Positions 8,765 through 18,575 of a stretch of DNA of 64,000 nucleotides are shown piece after piece. Both the position numbers and the translations under genes were made by a program. The DNA lies in the NCBI GenBank assembly GCA_001004885.1, contig LCRX01000001.1:9849-73848 (forward strand). The letters run 5' to 3'. Under the pieces are notes generated by a model. That model was not told the DNA's origin and made no database searches. It saw nothing but the letters and a program-made list of their open reading frames with translations. Each line of letters opens with the position of its first letter. Positions within the stretch are counted from its first letter, which is position 1. Source of the stretch: Candidatus Magasanikbacteria bacterium GW2011_GWA2_56_11 (GTDB taxonomy: Bacteria; Patescibacteriota; Patescibacteriia; Magasanikbacterales; UBA922).

Positions 8765-8791
8765 TAAAACACTCTTTATACGGGTGTTTTA
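8765..8791 (+). terminator. Intrinsic terminator after the hammerhead
   Basis: TAAAACACTC-tttatac-GGGTGTTTTA. Confidence 0.6.
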
Positions 8792-9245
8792 TTGTTCTCC
8801 TGTCTGCTTAAGTTGCTTAATCTGGTCATTTATAACGATCAATGTATCTATATTGATTTCGTGTTTCGAAGGCGCATTAAATTCGCTAAACACTATTTTA
8901 GTAGGCTTATCTAAACCCTGAAGCGGTCGGCCGTCTTATCCGGGCGCCGCCGCGCGCTTTGAGACAATTTTCTGCAGTCATCGCACTGTAACGCCCCCTG
9001 ATATTTGTCTTTCTTGGCAGTATTGCGAGATTGGCAAAAGGACATAACCTGATCTTTTGACCATGATTTATATCACAATTAAAAAAGCGCATTTCTGCTC
9101 TAGAGTTTAACAAAAAAGGACACTTTTACGTACCGGGGGGGGGTACCTTATGCCGGATATAAAAGCTGCCATCGAGGCGATTTTTATATTGTCTCAACAA
9201 CTGAACTGCTATATACTGAAGTCGATTAGATAACCATTACTATTT

Positions 9246-10238
9246 ATGAGTACGGATATATACCCTACTTACCGACCGCCTGAACCCGCCGTAAAGATTG
9301 AAGGGTCTTATTCTTTAGGACAATTCTTAACAGAAATTTCCCCGGAGGGCCGTAACATTTCTGCAGACCAGGAAGAGGGGTTACTTGGAGATTTAAGGAA
9401 ACGTGAGGCGGCGGTAGCCAACAAGGAATTATTGGAAGCATTAGAGGAATACGGTATTGACCCGCACTTGATTGAAGTTCGTCCCGATGGACGTATTCGT
9501 ATTGAAGTACGCAACCATTTTAGCAAAAAACATTTACCTGATGGGTACGCCTATAAAGGCGGGGCGGCCCGTGCTCTTCTTCTGCGCAGCCTGGGCAGTG
9601 TTTTGCAAGTTGAACCTCGCGATATTGATGTGGTCCGCCTAGCCCCCGAAGAACCGTATAAGGGCGCCGATACGGAGCTTGCCAAAGAGTTTATGCCTGA
9701 TGATTTCTCCGAAGGCTGGGGCGTAGAAATAATTAATTCAGAGGATCAATACTTTTCTACCCGTGATGTAACCGTCAACGAAGTTTTGGCCACCGATCAT
9801 GAAGTAATCGCTACCGAGCAATGCGTTATTGACGCCGTCCGTCATATTATTCGTTTAACCGAATTCGAACGTGGTTCAGACAAAGACATATATACTACTC
9901 CAGGTCCGAAAATGCTAGCGAAAATATTAAGGCTCTACTCTGAGTCTATCCATTATTTTGGTGAGGCGGAGATTGCTAATGTCGAAGGTTGGGAGTTTGA
10001 ACAAGCCTTTATTTCCCCATTTTGGCTGGCGTTGCAGCTTGATCATGCGTTTGAAAGGAGCCGTGAGATCGCCGCGCTCTATGTGGAGGAGCTCAAAAAA
10101 CATGGCCAGGTACCACCCCATATTGCTGGACCCGAGGAGGCAGCGATTTACCTGTCAAATTTGATCCGAGGCGAATTTTATTATCGGCACGCGCCCGTGG
10201 AACAGTTTGAATTGGAAGATGAGTGGATGGAAAATTGA
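9246..10238 (+). CDS. Class II nucleotidyltransferase-like protein (poly(A) polymerase/CCA enzyme head domain)
   Basis: YKGGAAR...PRDIDVV (GG-x-R, DxD); STRDVTVNE resembles RRDFTIN; promoter TTGTCT(9189)-N17-TATACT. Confidence 0.7.
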   Translation: MSTDIYPTYRPPEPAVKIEGSYSLGQFLTEISPEGRNISADQEEGLLGDLRKREAAVANKELLEALEEYGIDPHLIEVRPDGRIRIEVRNHFSKKHLPDGYAYKGGAARALLLRSLGSVLQVEPRDIDVVRLAPEEPYKGADTELAKEFMPDDFSEGWGVEIINSEDQYFSTRDVTVNEVLATDHEVIATEQCVIDAVRHIIRLTEFERGSDKDIYTTPGPKMLAKILRLYSESIHYFGEAEIANVEGWEFEQAFISPFWLALQLDHAFERSREIAALYVEELKKHGQVPPHIAGPEEAAIYLSNLIRGEFYYRHAPVEQFELEDEWMEN

Positions 10239-10395
10239 AGATAATTTGTTACTCGTAGACGACAAGGTTTTTGGCTGGAACACCCAGGAACCAGTTGTTC
10301 GACGGTGGATCGGGGCGTTTGTGTTTTTTGGGCTGGCGGTATCGATCGATAGGTTTTTCGGATGAAACAACGCTCCGGTCATAACGGTTACTTTT

Positions 10396-11205
10396 TTAAT
10401 CATCCCCTATATAGTGTTGTTTTTCCCAGGCGTCTCGTGTCATTACGCTAATGTTTTTGACCCCGCCTGCATCTAACATCTCGACGGCCATTTGCCTGTC
10501 CGACTCGCTACCGATCAAAACGGCAACACAATTTCCATCGAGAGGCGCGTCTGATATAGTCGGATACTGTAGCGTGGCGTCATAGCTGCCAAGCTCCATC
10601 ATTTTTGGCCCCATGACAAGGACGACTCCTTTGCCAGACGCACCTACCCCATGTGGGGTTAAACCCTTGTTAATAAGATCGCCATTTTTATCAAAAATAT
10701 CCCTCGTCATCATTACATCATCACTTGCTGACCACGCTGGCGGGTTAGCATCAGGGTTTCTTTTTTTAATTTCTGATCGCGATAAAAGTCCGCCGGCTTC
10801 AATGATTCTTTTAAAATTTTCAAAACTCGTTTGGTGATAATGAAATACTCTTTCGGGAGAATCAATGCGCCCCTTTGCGAATGAGCGTATTTCTGCCAAG
10901 ATAACGCTTGGCTCTACCCCTTTCTCTTTTGCTTTGTGGCGAATCATCCGGTCTTTGCCCCGATAACTTTCCATTTGGAGCCTGGCGAGGAATTGTTGTC
11001 TTTCGGCGGGGGTTAGGGCCGGTTTTTCTTTTTCAGGAACCAAAGCTACTGTTGAATCATAATTCGTATTACCATCCCACGTGGCGGCTTTCGATACGTC
11101 AAACGTACCATCTGCCCGCTGTGCCGCGCCAACAATATACTTTGGTTTTTCGGTGCATGCCCCGGTGGCATGATCCCTTCCACAAACTTTGCATCTTGAT
11201 TCCAT
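10396..11205 (-). CDS. Hypothetical protein with DarT/ADP-ribosyltransferase-like motif
   Basis: YHQTSFENFKRIIEAGGLLSR resembles the DarT (DUF4433) N-terminal motif; N-terminal CxxC-x3-H-x4-C. Confidence 0.55.
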   Translation of the reverse strand: MESRCKVCGRDHATGACTEKPKYIVGAAQRADGTFDVSKAATWDGNTNYDSTVALVPEKEKPALTPAERQQFLARLQMESYRGKDRMIRHKAKEKGVEPSVILAEIRSFAKGRIDSPERVFHYHQTSFENFKRIIEAGGLLSRSEIKKRNPDANPPAWSASDDVMMTRDIFDKNGDLINKGLTPHGVGASGKGVVLVMGPKMMELGSYDATLQYPTISDAPLDGNCVAVLIGSESDRQMAVEMLDAGGVKNISVMTRDAWEKQHYIGDD

Positions 11206-11428
11206 ACAGGAATTGGGTTTAGCAAGTCTAAGTAAGTTTCCTCGATTTTTTCCAGTGTTTCAGGTTGAATGAGGGCCTTTTACACATTTAAGTACAGTAA
11301 TTTCAACTACCATTACTATAGCTGTTTTTTGCAATAATGCAATTGGCAAGAGATCGCACGAAGCGTCTTAAGGAATTTAATTAAAACGAAGCGGAGAACA
11401 AGGAGCCACTAGCCAACTGCCTCTGTAC

Positions 11429-11600
11429 TTTGAAACGATGCCGGGCTACTGAAAAGAAATGGAATACGCAGAAAAAATTAAATTCCAGAATTCGATTTTT
11501 TCTTAAAACCGCGTACCAATATCCGGAATTTGAACCCCCGAAATTTTCTCTTATCTTCCAACAAAAAAGAGAGCTTGCATGTGCAAACCCCCAGTTGTAG
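11429..11600 (+). pseudogene. Probable remnant of a large serine recombinase C-terminus running into antisense tRNA-Glu
   Basis: Broken frames read FETMPGY*KEMEYAEKIKFQNSIF / YQYPEFEPPKFSLIFQQK / VAPRGIEP; family assignment is recalled, not searched. Confidence 0.45.
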
Positions 11601-11669
11601 CGCCAAGGGGAATTGAACCCCTGTTCCCAGGATGAAAACCTGGTGTCCTAACCACTAGACGATGGCGCC
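11598..11669 (-). tRNA. tRNA-Glu(TTC), CCA not encoded
   Basis: GGCGCCA acceptor, CCAGG-TTTTCAT-CCTGG anticodon arm, GGTTCAATTCC T-arm. Confidence 0.97.
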
Positions 11670-11780
11670 TCTTGGCCGCCCGGCTTTTGTGTCAGCGGCT
11701 CTGTCTATTGCCTAAAACGGGCTTAGTATACCTAAAGTGTTACCAGCCGTCAACACGGCAGAGCGTCTCCAGCCCGTCTG

Positions 11781-11809
11781 TTGACAGCCAGAAGTCGCTG
11801 TGGTACACT
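11781..11809 (+). promoter_or_regulatory. rplJL promoter
   Basis: TTGACA-N17-TACACT with extended -10 TG. Confidence 0.7.
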
Positions 11810-11825
11810 CTCCTCGTCATTAGAT

Positions 11826-11945
11826 AACCGCAGACAGTAGCTCCCGTAACGGGTTAAATACGCTACCGAGGGGATCTACCTGCTTCTTCCCGGTTTAGCC
11901 GGGAAAGGTAAAGGTCGAAGAATCCTGGAGTCTGTGGTCTATACC
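11826..11945 (+). promoter_or_regulatory. L10 ribosomal leader (autogenous control)
   Basis: CCGCAGACAGUAGC...UUAA...GCUACCGAGG matches the L10 leader core, directly upstream of rplJ. Confidence 0.8.
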
Positions 11946-11962
11946 ACAGTTTTTGTTTATCT

Positions 11963-12484
11963 ATGGCCAAAACCAAACAAGTTAAAGCCGACGCGCTCAC
12001 TGACCTCGCGGCTCACATCAAAGAGTCCAAGTCGGTCGTGTTCGCCAACTTCCAGGGCCTCAAGGTCAAGGAGTCGGAAGATCTGCGCGGCAAGTGCCGG
12101 GAAGAAAACGTTTATTACGTGGCGACCAAAAAAACCCTGCTTAACAAAGCCCTGCGGGATGCCGGTTTGGAGATCGACATCAAAGGTTTCCAGGGTGGAA
12201 TAGCCGCCATCTTCGGTCTGCAGGACGAAGTCGCCCCGGCCCAAATCACGGCCCGGTTTGCCAAGACTCACGAGGTAGTAGGCATTTTCGGCGGCGTGCT
12301 CGAGGGACGCTTCATAGACGCGGCGAAAGTTAAGGCGCTCGCCGAGCTGCCGAGCAAGCAACAGTTGCTTGGCCAGTTGGTAGGTACCTTGAACGCCCCC
12401 ATCTCCGGCTTCGTCAACGTACTGGCCGGAAACATCCGCGGGCTGGTTACCGCCCTAAATGCTATCAAAGAGCAGAAAGCCTAA
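11963..12484 (+). CDS. rplJ: 50S ribosomal protein L10
   Basis: [27 protein letters not shown]. Confidence 0.97.
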   Translation: MAKTKQVKADALTDLAAHIKESKSVVFANFQGLKVKESEDLRGKCREENVYYVATKKTLLNKALRDAGLEIDIKGFQGGIAAIFGLQDEVAPAQITARFAKTHEVVGIFGGVLEGRFIDAAKVKALAELPSKQQLLGQLVGTLNAPISGFVNVLAGNIRGLVTALNAIKEQKA

Positions 12485-12512
12485 CTCAAACCCTAATTTA
12501 ATTATTTCGCAT

Positions 12513-12914
12513 ATGTCAGAAGAGAAAACCGTAGTCGTGCCGGAGAAGTTTCAGGCGCTCGTCTCTGAGATCGAAAAGATGTCGGTCTTGGATCTCTCCG
12601 AGCTCGTCAAAGTGCTCGAGGACAAGTTCGGCGTGTCCGCCGCCGCCCCGGCCATGATGATGGCCGCCCCGGCCGCTGCCGCCGCCCCGGCCGCTGAGGA
12701 AAAGAGCGAGTTCAACGTCGAGCTCATTGATGCCGGCGCCAACAAGATTGCCGTCATCAAAGTTATAAAGGAAGTAACTGGTTTGGGTTTGGCGGATGCC
12801 AAGGCCCTCGTGGACGGCGCCCCGAAGATGGTAAAGGAAGGCGTCAAGAAAGAAGATGCCGAGGCCATGAAGAAGAAAATCGAAGAGGCCGGCGGCAAGG
12901 TGGAGTTGAAATAG
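12513..12914 (+). CDS. rplL: 50S ribosomal protein L7/L12
   Basis: [11 protein letters not shown], Ala-rich hinge, [20 protein letters not shown]. Confidence 0.97.
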   Translation: MSEEKTVVVPEKFQALVSEIEKMSVLDLSELVKVLEDKFGVSAAAPAMMMAAPAAAAAPAAEEKSEFNVELIDAGANKIAVIKVIKEVTGLGLADAKALVDGAPKMVKEGVKKEDAEAMKKKIEEAGGKVELK

Positions 12915-12925
12915 TTTCGTCTCCG

Positions 12926-12967
12926 TCAACTAAAATCCCGCGCCATATGGCGCGGGATTTTAGTTGA
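12926..12967. terminator. Perfect 42-bp palindrome, bidirectional terminator
   Basis: TCAACTAAAATCCCGCGCCAT/ATGGCGCGGGATTTTAGTTGA between convergent genes. Confidence 0.8.
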
Positions 12968-12976
12968 GGTTAATTC

Positions 12977-15220
12977 TTACAGAGACAGCCGGTAAATTTT
13001 GTTTGCATCCAGCACGTAGACGGTTTTTCCGCCGTCCTCAACCGCGATGCCAGAGGGGGATTGCCACTCCTCGGCGGTGTACTGGGTCTCAAAAGCGCCG
13101 GTTTTGTTCAGGACAACCAGGCGCCGGTTGGAGCTTTCGAGTATGAATATCTCCTTGAGATCGGCGTTAGTAACGATTTGCGTCGGCTGCGCCAGAGACG
13201 GCTCAACGCCGTTCACGGTAAAAGGCTGCTCTTCGCCGGTAAAATACTTTTTAATTTCGCCGTTGTTTTTGAGAATGAAGATTTCGCCGTCAATGGCGAG
13301 CGACCGGGCGTCTGCCAGGCTCTCGCTGGTTTGCTTTAGCCAGGCCGTGCCTTTGTCATAACCGGTCTGAGTCGGGCTGTGCTTGTAGATTTGCTTTTGG
13401 GCCGACACGGCTAAGTACAGTTTTCGGTTGTAAATCCCGGCCGCGTCTACCTGGGTGCCTTCGGCCGGCAAGCCGATAGTTTTGGCCAGGAAAACACCGG
13501 TTTTCGGATCGTATTCGGCGGCCTTGTAACCGCGCGACAAAAATACTACCTTGTCCTCTTCGGCCGGCACGAGGGCAAAGGCGAGTTCGGGGGCAACATC
13601 ATTGTTTTTGACCTTGATCTCCTTGGCGGCGAGACCGACGGCATAAAATTTGCTGTCCGCCGGACCGTAAGCGATAATTTCCCCGCCGATTTTGACGAGT
13701 TTTTCGGTGCGGGCTTCGGGGTAGGCCGCCCCAATGTCGGCGATAAGTTCGGCCGGCACGGTTTTCAGATTGCGCAATTTTTCAGCGACCTGGGCGAGTG
13801 ATGTCTTCAATTCCGCCGCCGTTTGCTGTTGGCCGGTTTTTTCTTGCGGGAGTCCGGCCGCCAATGCTTGCGCCTCGCGGATGAGCTCGCTGGCTTTTGT
13901 TTTGTCGGCGTAAATCAGACTGGCTTCGGCCGCGTCCTTTTTGTCGCGGATAGCCGCGATTAAATTCAGGTATTTTTGTTCGCTGGCGGTCCGTTTTTCC
14001 TGGACTTGGATATACCCTAGGCTGCCGACAAACGCCAGAGCCAGGACCAGCGTGCAAGAAAGAATTATTTTGCTGACCAGTGGCAGGCTCGTGAGCCACT
14101 GGCGCTTATCCGCGGCCGCCAGGCGCCAGTCGCGGATTATCCGGGCCCGGCCCCGGCGCCAATTGGTGGAGAGAACAAATACAATTTGACCGGCACGGAT
14201 AAGGCCGACGAACAGCCGGCGAACTATCTCTATGAGGCCGTGCACCAGGTAGATTACCGCCCGGCCGAGCATGACCAGAGATTGTCCGAGCACGCCCTCG
14301 CGTTCAGCCGGGCCATCTCCGTACCGATGGTTGGTTTCCACTGTCCGGACGCGTGCCGCGGGGTGGAGATTTTCGGCCGCAACCGTCGTGTCGGCCGCCC
14401 TTTTTTTGAGCAGGGACTTGAGATTTTTACCCACGTCCCCGAGCAGGGGCGGCGAGAGGGTTTCGGCCGTGGACCTGGCAGAAGCCATGAGCTTGTTGAG
14501 CGACTCGGCCGAACCGTTGTCCATAATCTTGGGCTGCGCTCCGGTGCGCGGGGTGTCCGTGTGGTCGGTAAGGTGGAAGAGAATGCCGCCGAACGAGTAA
14601 TCGCTGCCGAGGTCGGAAAGTACCTTTTGGATATGGGCCATGCTTTGGCGCGTGGTCCGCGATTCGGCCAGTTTGCGCACCCGGTCGGGCGTAAAGTGAT
14701 CGCCGACGTGCGGAGTGGCGACATAAATATAGTCTCCCGGTCCCATGCTTCCCTCGACGATTTCCGAGAATAGCGCCGTGCCGCTGTCCGTCGGCTCGGG
14801 GGAGATGATCTCGGTCGCTTCCAGGTGCTCGCCGCCGCTGTAGATAAGGGCGGCAATCGGCGCGCCGTGGTAGGCCAGGGCCACCGCTTGTCCGCGGATA
14901 GTGCCGACAATGCAGTGTATGGCGCTTCCCGGATAGTCCAGGAGAATGCCGCCTTTTTTGTTGATGTTTTGCAGCACCCGCTCCAACAGGTACTCGCGTC
15001 TTTCTTCCTTGGCGTAGAATGCAGTTTCCACCTCGTCGATGAGTTCTTGGAATTTTTGGATTTGTTCGGGCGAGCCCTGGGCAATTTCCACCAAGGCAAA
15101 CAAATAGCCCCGTTCTTTTTCGTGGGGCGCTGTGGGTTCGGCAATATGGAGCAGGACATGCGCTTTACCGGGGTCGCGGCCTTCAACAAAAAATTCCTGG
15201 ACTTCGAGGACACTGGGCAT
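12977..15220 (-). CDS. Membrane-anchored hypothetical protein (PP2C-like N-domain, TM, C-terminal beta-propeller)
   Basis: 747 aa, one TM near the middle, NHL-like repeats (SLAIDGEIFIL, PSGIAV..VYVLD). Confidence 0.75.
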   Translation of the reverse strand: MPSVLEVQEFFVEGRDPGKAHVLLHIAEPTAPHEKERGYLFALVEIAQGSPEQIQKFQELIDEVETAFYAKEERREYLLERVLQNINKKGGILLDYPGSAIHCIVGTIRGQAVALAYHGAPIAALIYSGGEHLEATEIISPEPTDSGTALFSEIVEGSMGPGDYIYVATPHVGDHFTPDRVRKLAESRTTRQSMAHIQKVLSDLGSDYSFGGILFHLTDHTDTPRTGAQPKIMDNGSAESLNKLMASARSTAETLSPPLLGDVGKNLKSLLKKRAADTTVAAENLHPAARVRTVETNHRYGDGPAEREGVLGQSLVMLGRAVIYLVHGLIEIVRRLFVGLIRAGQIVFVLSTNWRRGRARIIRDWRLAAADKRQWLTSLPLVSKIILSCTLVLALAFVGSLGYIQVQEKRTASEQKYLNLIAAIRDKKDAAEASLIYADKTKASELIREAQALAAGLPQEKTGQQQTAAELKTSLAQVAEKLRNLKTVPAELIADIGAAYPEARTEKLVKIGGEIIAYGPADSKFYAVGLAAKEIKVKNNDVAPELAFALVPAEEDKVVFLSRGYKAAEYDPKTGVFLAKTIGLPAEGTQVDAAGIYNRKLYLAVSAQKQIYKHSPTQTGYDKGTAWLKQTSESLADARSLAIDGEIFILKNNGEIKKYFTGEEQPFTVNGVEPSLAQPTQIVTNADLKEIFILESSNRRLVVLNKTGAFETQYTAEEWQSPSGIAVEDGGKTVYVLDANKIYRLSL

Positions 15221-15369
15221 AAAGCGGACTGGTTCTTTGACTTTGTACTATAGGGGAATTATACTATATTCCATACCGGAATCCAATACCGGCCAGTAGG
15301 CGGGTAAAAGACAGCTGGTTTATCCGCCAGCGGCGTCCGCTATTTTGTACCGGTTTTTTTATACCCATT

Positions 15370-15972
15370 ATGCTTGAACACCTCTTTGGTTCAAAGACCC
15401 GCGTCAAGCTTCTTAGGATCTTGTTTCGTTTTCCGGACAGATCATTTTTTGTGCGCGAGATGGCTCGGACGCTGGAGGTGCAGATAAATGCCGTGCGCCG
15501 GGAAATCGAGATTCTGATGTCCGTGGGGCTCTTGCGCGAAGTGGAAGAGAAAAAAGGCCCGGACGAAGAGATACAGGCGGGGGCAATGCTCCGGAAGTAT
15601 TACCGCCTAGACAAGGAGGCCACGCTTTATCCGGAATTGCATGCCCTGCTGGTCAAAGAACAGCTTTTGGGAGAGGAACAGTTCGTGAAGGATCTACAGT
15701 CGAAAATAGGCACGCCGGAATTGTTGCTTTTGACCGGCCGTTTTACCCACGACGACCGGGCGCCGTCGGACATACTTATTGTCGGCAGCGATATTAAGGA
15801 CAAAATCGTGGCCCGGCTGGTGGCCGATTACGAAAAGGACTTTGGCTTTCCGATCCGGTACACGATTATGGACCACCAGGAGTTTACCGACCGGCGGTAC
15901 GTAATGGACAAGTTTCTGTTTTCGCTTTTCGAGGCAAACCATGTGAAAGCGGTTAATGTTTTCGATTTGTAA
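15370..15972 (+). CDS. wHTH transcriptional regulator with degenerate NTase-like C-domain
   Basis: LFGSKTRVKLL, VREMAR..INAVRRE, SDILIVG. Confidence 0.8.
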   Translation: MLEHLFGSKTRVKLLRILFRFPDRSFFVREMARTLEVQINAVRREIEILMSVGLLREVEEKKGPDEEIQAGAMLRKYYRLDKEATLYPELHALLVKEQLLGEEQFVKDLQSKIGTPELLLLTGRFTHDDRAPSDILIVGSDIKDKIVARLVADYEKDFGFPIRYTIMDHQEFTDRRYVMDKFLFSLFEANHVKAVNVFDL

Positions 15973-16074
15973 GCTGTCCTGGTATTATGAAGCGGTGCAC
16001 GCGCGAGATGATCTACCGGCTGCGCCGGGAGGGGCCGGGCGAGCCGGGCGGACCGGGGCGCAGATAACTGGGTT

Positions 16075-16461
16075 ATGTTTCTTCTCATCAACACGGCCGA
16101 AAAAGGCCAGGTAGAGCTGGCGCTGTTCGACGCCGAACGGCTTGAACAAAAAAAATATCCGGCCGAAAACCGGGATGTTTTGACCAGCGTGGATGATTTT
16201 TTATCTTCCCTGGGAACGAGTAAAGATAATATTCAGGGCGTAATGGTCGTCGTCGGCGCCGGCGGGTTTACGAGCACTCGCATCGCGACGACGATCGCGA
16301 ATGGTTTCGCCTACGCGCGGGCGATACCCGTCATGGGGATCAGCATTGACCAGGTGCCGGAGGCGCAAAAGCTTATTCCCGCTCTTCTTTTCCGGCCGCG
16401 GGGGCAGTATGTGTCGGCGACGTATAGCGGCGAGCCGAATATTGGGAAAATTGAAAAGTAA
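16075..16461 (+). CDS. tsaB: TsaB-like protein (short form)
   Basis: LLINTA, VVVGAGGFTSTRIATTIANG. Confidence 0.8.
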   Translation: MFLLINTAEKGQVELALFDAERLEQKKYPAENRDVLTSVDDFLSSLGTSKDNIQGVMVVVGAGGFTSTRIATTIANGFAYARAIPVMGISIDQVPEAQKLIPALLFRPRGQYVSATYSGEPNIGKIEK

Positions 16462-16464
16462 ATT

Positions 16465-17274
16465 ATGGGTCAGGAACAGTGGACATCGTCTGTTGCCGCC
16501 GAGTGGGGGATATTCCTGCCGCCGGCGCGGCCGTCGTTATCCGAACTGGTTGTAATCGAGACGCGGCTTTTCGAAAGAAAAAAGAATAATCCCGGCCTGC
16601 GGGTGGGTATTCTCGGCTCCACTCCGGAGTACCGTGATTTGTGCCAGACTTACGCGATTGATTACCGGTGCGTTGATTACCGCCAGGATAATTTCGACAC
16701 TCTCGGCCGCCATCTTCTTCACCCGGACGGCGCGGAGCGACTGATCGTATCGGACTGGAGGAAAATGGAATTTCCTGGCCAGATTGACGTTTGGCTCGGC
16801 GACTTGGCCACGACCGTGACGCCGGTTTCCGATCACCGCGTGATGTTCGAGAATATCCGCGCGCATTCCCGGCCGGGAGCGGAAGTGATTTTGAAGGTGC
16901 CGCTCCGGGCAGATAATACTGTCCTGACGCACGAGCAGATATTCGCCTTGTACCGCGCGGAACGCGCGCACCTTAATCCATTTGCCGCGGTTTGGATAGA
17001 AGTACTCCTGGCCGACTATGATTTCGCCGCTGACACCATGTATTGTCCGACCAGCCGGGCGAGGCTGGAGGAATCGTGTCGGCAGGGGATTGTCTCCGAA
17101 TTTGAATTTGGCGAATTTACCAAACGGTGGGACGTTTTGGGCGACTTTAAAATGAATATTCCGCTCCGGTCCGAGTTTGTGGCGCGCTTGAGAGAATTCT
17201 TTCCCGTTATCAAATTTACTTCGGGACAGGACTGGTACCGGGAGCAGGTGCCAATAATTATTGGCCGCTACTGA
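16465..17274 (+). CDS. Class I SAM-dependent methyltransferase (array copy 1)
   Basis: W..PPARPS, ILGSTPEYR, VD, DW, DVWLGD. Confidence 0.75.
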   Translation: MGQEQWTSSVAAEWGIFLPPARPSLSELVVIETRLFERKKNNPGLRVGILGSTPEYRDLCQTYAIDYRCVDYRQDNFDTLGRHLLHPDGAERLIVSDWRKMEFPGQIDVWLGDLATTVTPVSDHRVMFENIRAHSRPGAEVILKVPLRADNTVLTHEQIFALYRAERAHLNPFAAVWIEVLLADYDFAADTMYCPTSRARLEESCRQGIVSEFEFGEFTKRWDVLGDFKMNIPLRSEFVARLREFFPVIKFTSGQDWYREQVPIIIGRY

Positions 17275-17420
17275 TTATTTTTGGCTAATTATAGGTCAAA
17301 AGATCCCTAAACGCCTTGACAAGAGGCGTTTTTTAGTGTATATTCGGTTATTCCTCGGCCAGACTCGGCGCGGGGTGCATGCGTTCCCGGCTGGCGTCGG
17401 GAAAGGAGGGGTTACAAACC

Positions 17421-18575
17421 ATGGTACGACAAAGCGTCGGGCAGTGGCTGGAAGCCACCTGCCCGAATTATGACACTGCTCTGTCCCCGGTGAGCCGGGA
17501 GGCCGAGCGCGAGCTGGCCGCCAGCTTCGACGTCAATGTCCCGGACATCCCGTACGCGCGGTACGGGAACACGATCTCGCTGGCCGTAGCCAAGAACTAC
17601 GCCGACCGAGTCGGCGCGACGGGGCTCGGCTTCGAGGCTCGCCTCACCAACTGCGGCATGGCCGCGATCCGGGCGGTGTTCGAGACCGGCATCCGGTGCT
17701 ACGCTGACCATCTCGCCGCCGGGAAGGTCCTGTACGGGCTCACCGACGAGCTCTTCAGGACGGCGCCGGATCTCTTCCGGACCACGAAGCCACACCGCTT
17801 CAACGCCGTCCGCGGCCTCGGACCGGACGTGTTCCCCACCGGGATGCGGTTCATGGTGTTCGTCGAGACGATCGGCAATGGGATCCCCATGCCGGTCTTC
17901 GTTCTCGAGAAGTTCCTGCGCGAGCACTGGAACAACCAGGAGGTCCTCGTCGTAGACGGGACTTTCACCACCTGCGCGCTCCTGAACCCGTTCGGGGTCT
18001 ACGACCGGGTCAGGAGGGATTTCGGTCCGGGCACCATCAAGCTGGTGTACGTGGAGTCGCTCTCCAAGTACTACCGGACCGGGGACATCGACCACGGCAC
18101 GGCCGGGATCATCGTCGCGCCCCAGGTGTTCATCGCCGAGTGCGACAAGGTCCTGGCCCACGGCTTCGGGATCCAGTACCCGCAGCTCGCGGACTTCCCG
18201 GTTGACCTCTTCGGGGCCTGCGCCGAGGTCATGCCGCGACTGTCGTTCAACGCCAAGGCCGCGGCCGAGTTCCTGCGCGGGCATCCGCGCGTGAGGAACG
18301 TGTGGTACCCGGGCTGGGACTCGGAGCTGGCGCGGGGCGCCGGCGGCGTCCTCTACCTCGAGGTCGAGACCGATGAGCGCGGCGCGGGCGAGCGGCTCTT
18401 CGAGCCGGTCATCCCGTTCCGGGCCTCGTTCGGACACGCCCAGTCGACGCACGTCGACTTCGGGCAGTTCAACCAGAGCCTGCCGCCTGGCACCATCCGC
18501 CTCGCGGTCGGCACCCGGGAGACCCCGAGCCAGGTCGTCGCGAAGCTCCAGACGGCCCTCGGGCCGCGCCTCTAG
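17421..18575 (+). CDS. PLP-dependent Cys/Met metabolism enzyme (cystathionine gamma-synthase/lyase family)
   Basis: YARYGN, GMAAI, ETIGN, VVDGTF, ESLSKY (PLP Lys), SFG, IRLAVG; own promoter TTGACA(17316)-N17-TATATT and SD AAGGAGG. Confidence 0.8.
   Translation: MVRQSVGQWLEATCPNYDTALSPVSREAERELAASFDVNVPDIPYARYGNTISLAVAKNYADRVGATGLGFEARLTNCGMAAIRAVFETGIRCYADHLAAGKVLYGLTDELFRTAPDLFRTTKPHRFNAVRGLGPDVFPTGMRFMVFVETIGNGIPMPVFVLEKFLREHWNNQEVLVVDGTFTTCALLNPFGVYDRVRRDFGPGTIKLVYVESLSKYYRTGDIDHGTAGIIVAPQVFIAECDKVLAHGFGIQYPQLADFPVDLFGACAEVMPRLSFNAKAAAEFLRGHPRVRNVWYPGWDSELARGAGGVLYLEVETDERGAGERLFEPVIPFRASFGHAQSTHVDFGQFNQSLPPGTIRLAVGTRETPSQVVAKLQTALGPRL

Noticed and set aside
9130-9147. G9 tract as a phase-variation switch for the NTase gene
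   Set aside because: It lies about 45 bp upstream of the predicted -35, not in the spacer or CDS; no supporting evidence
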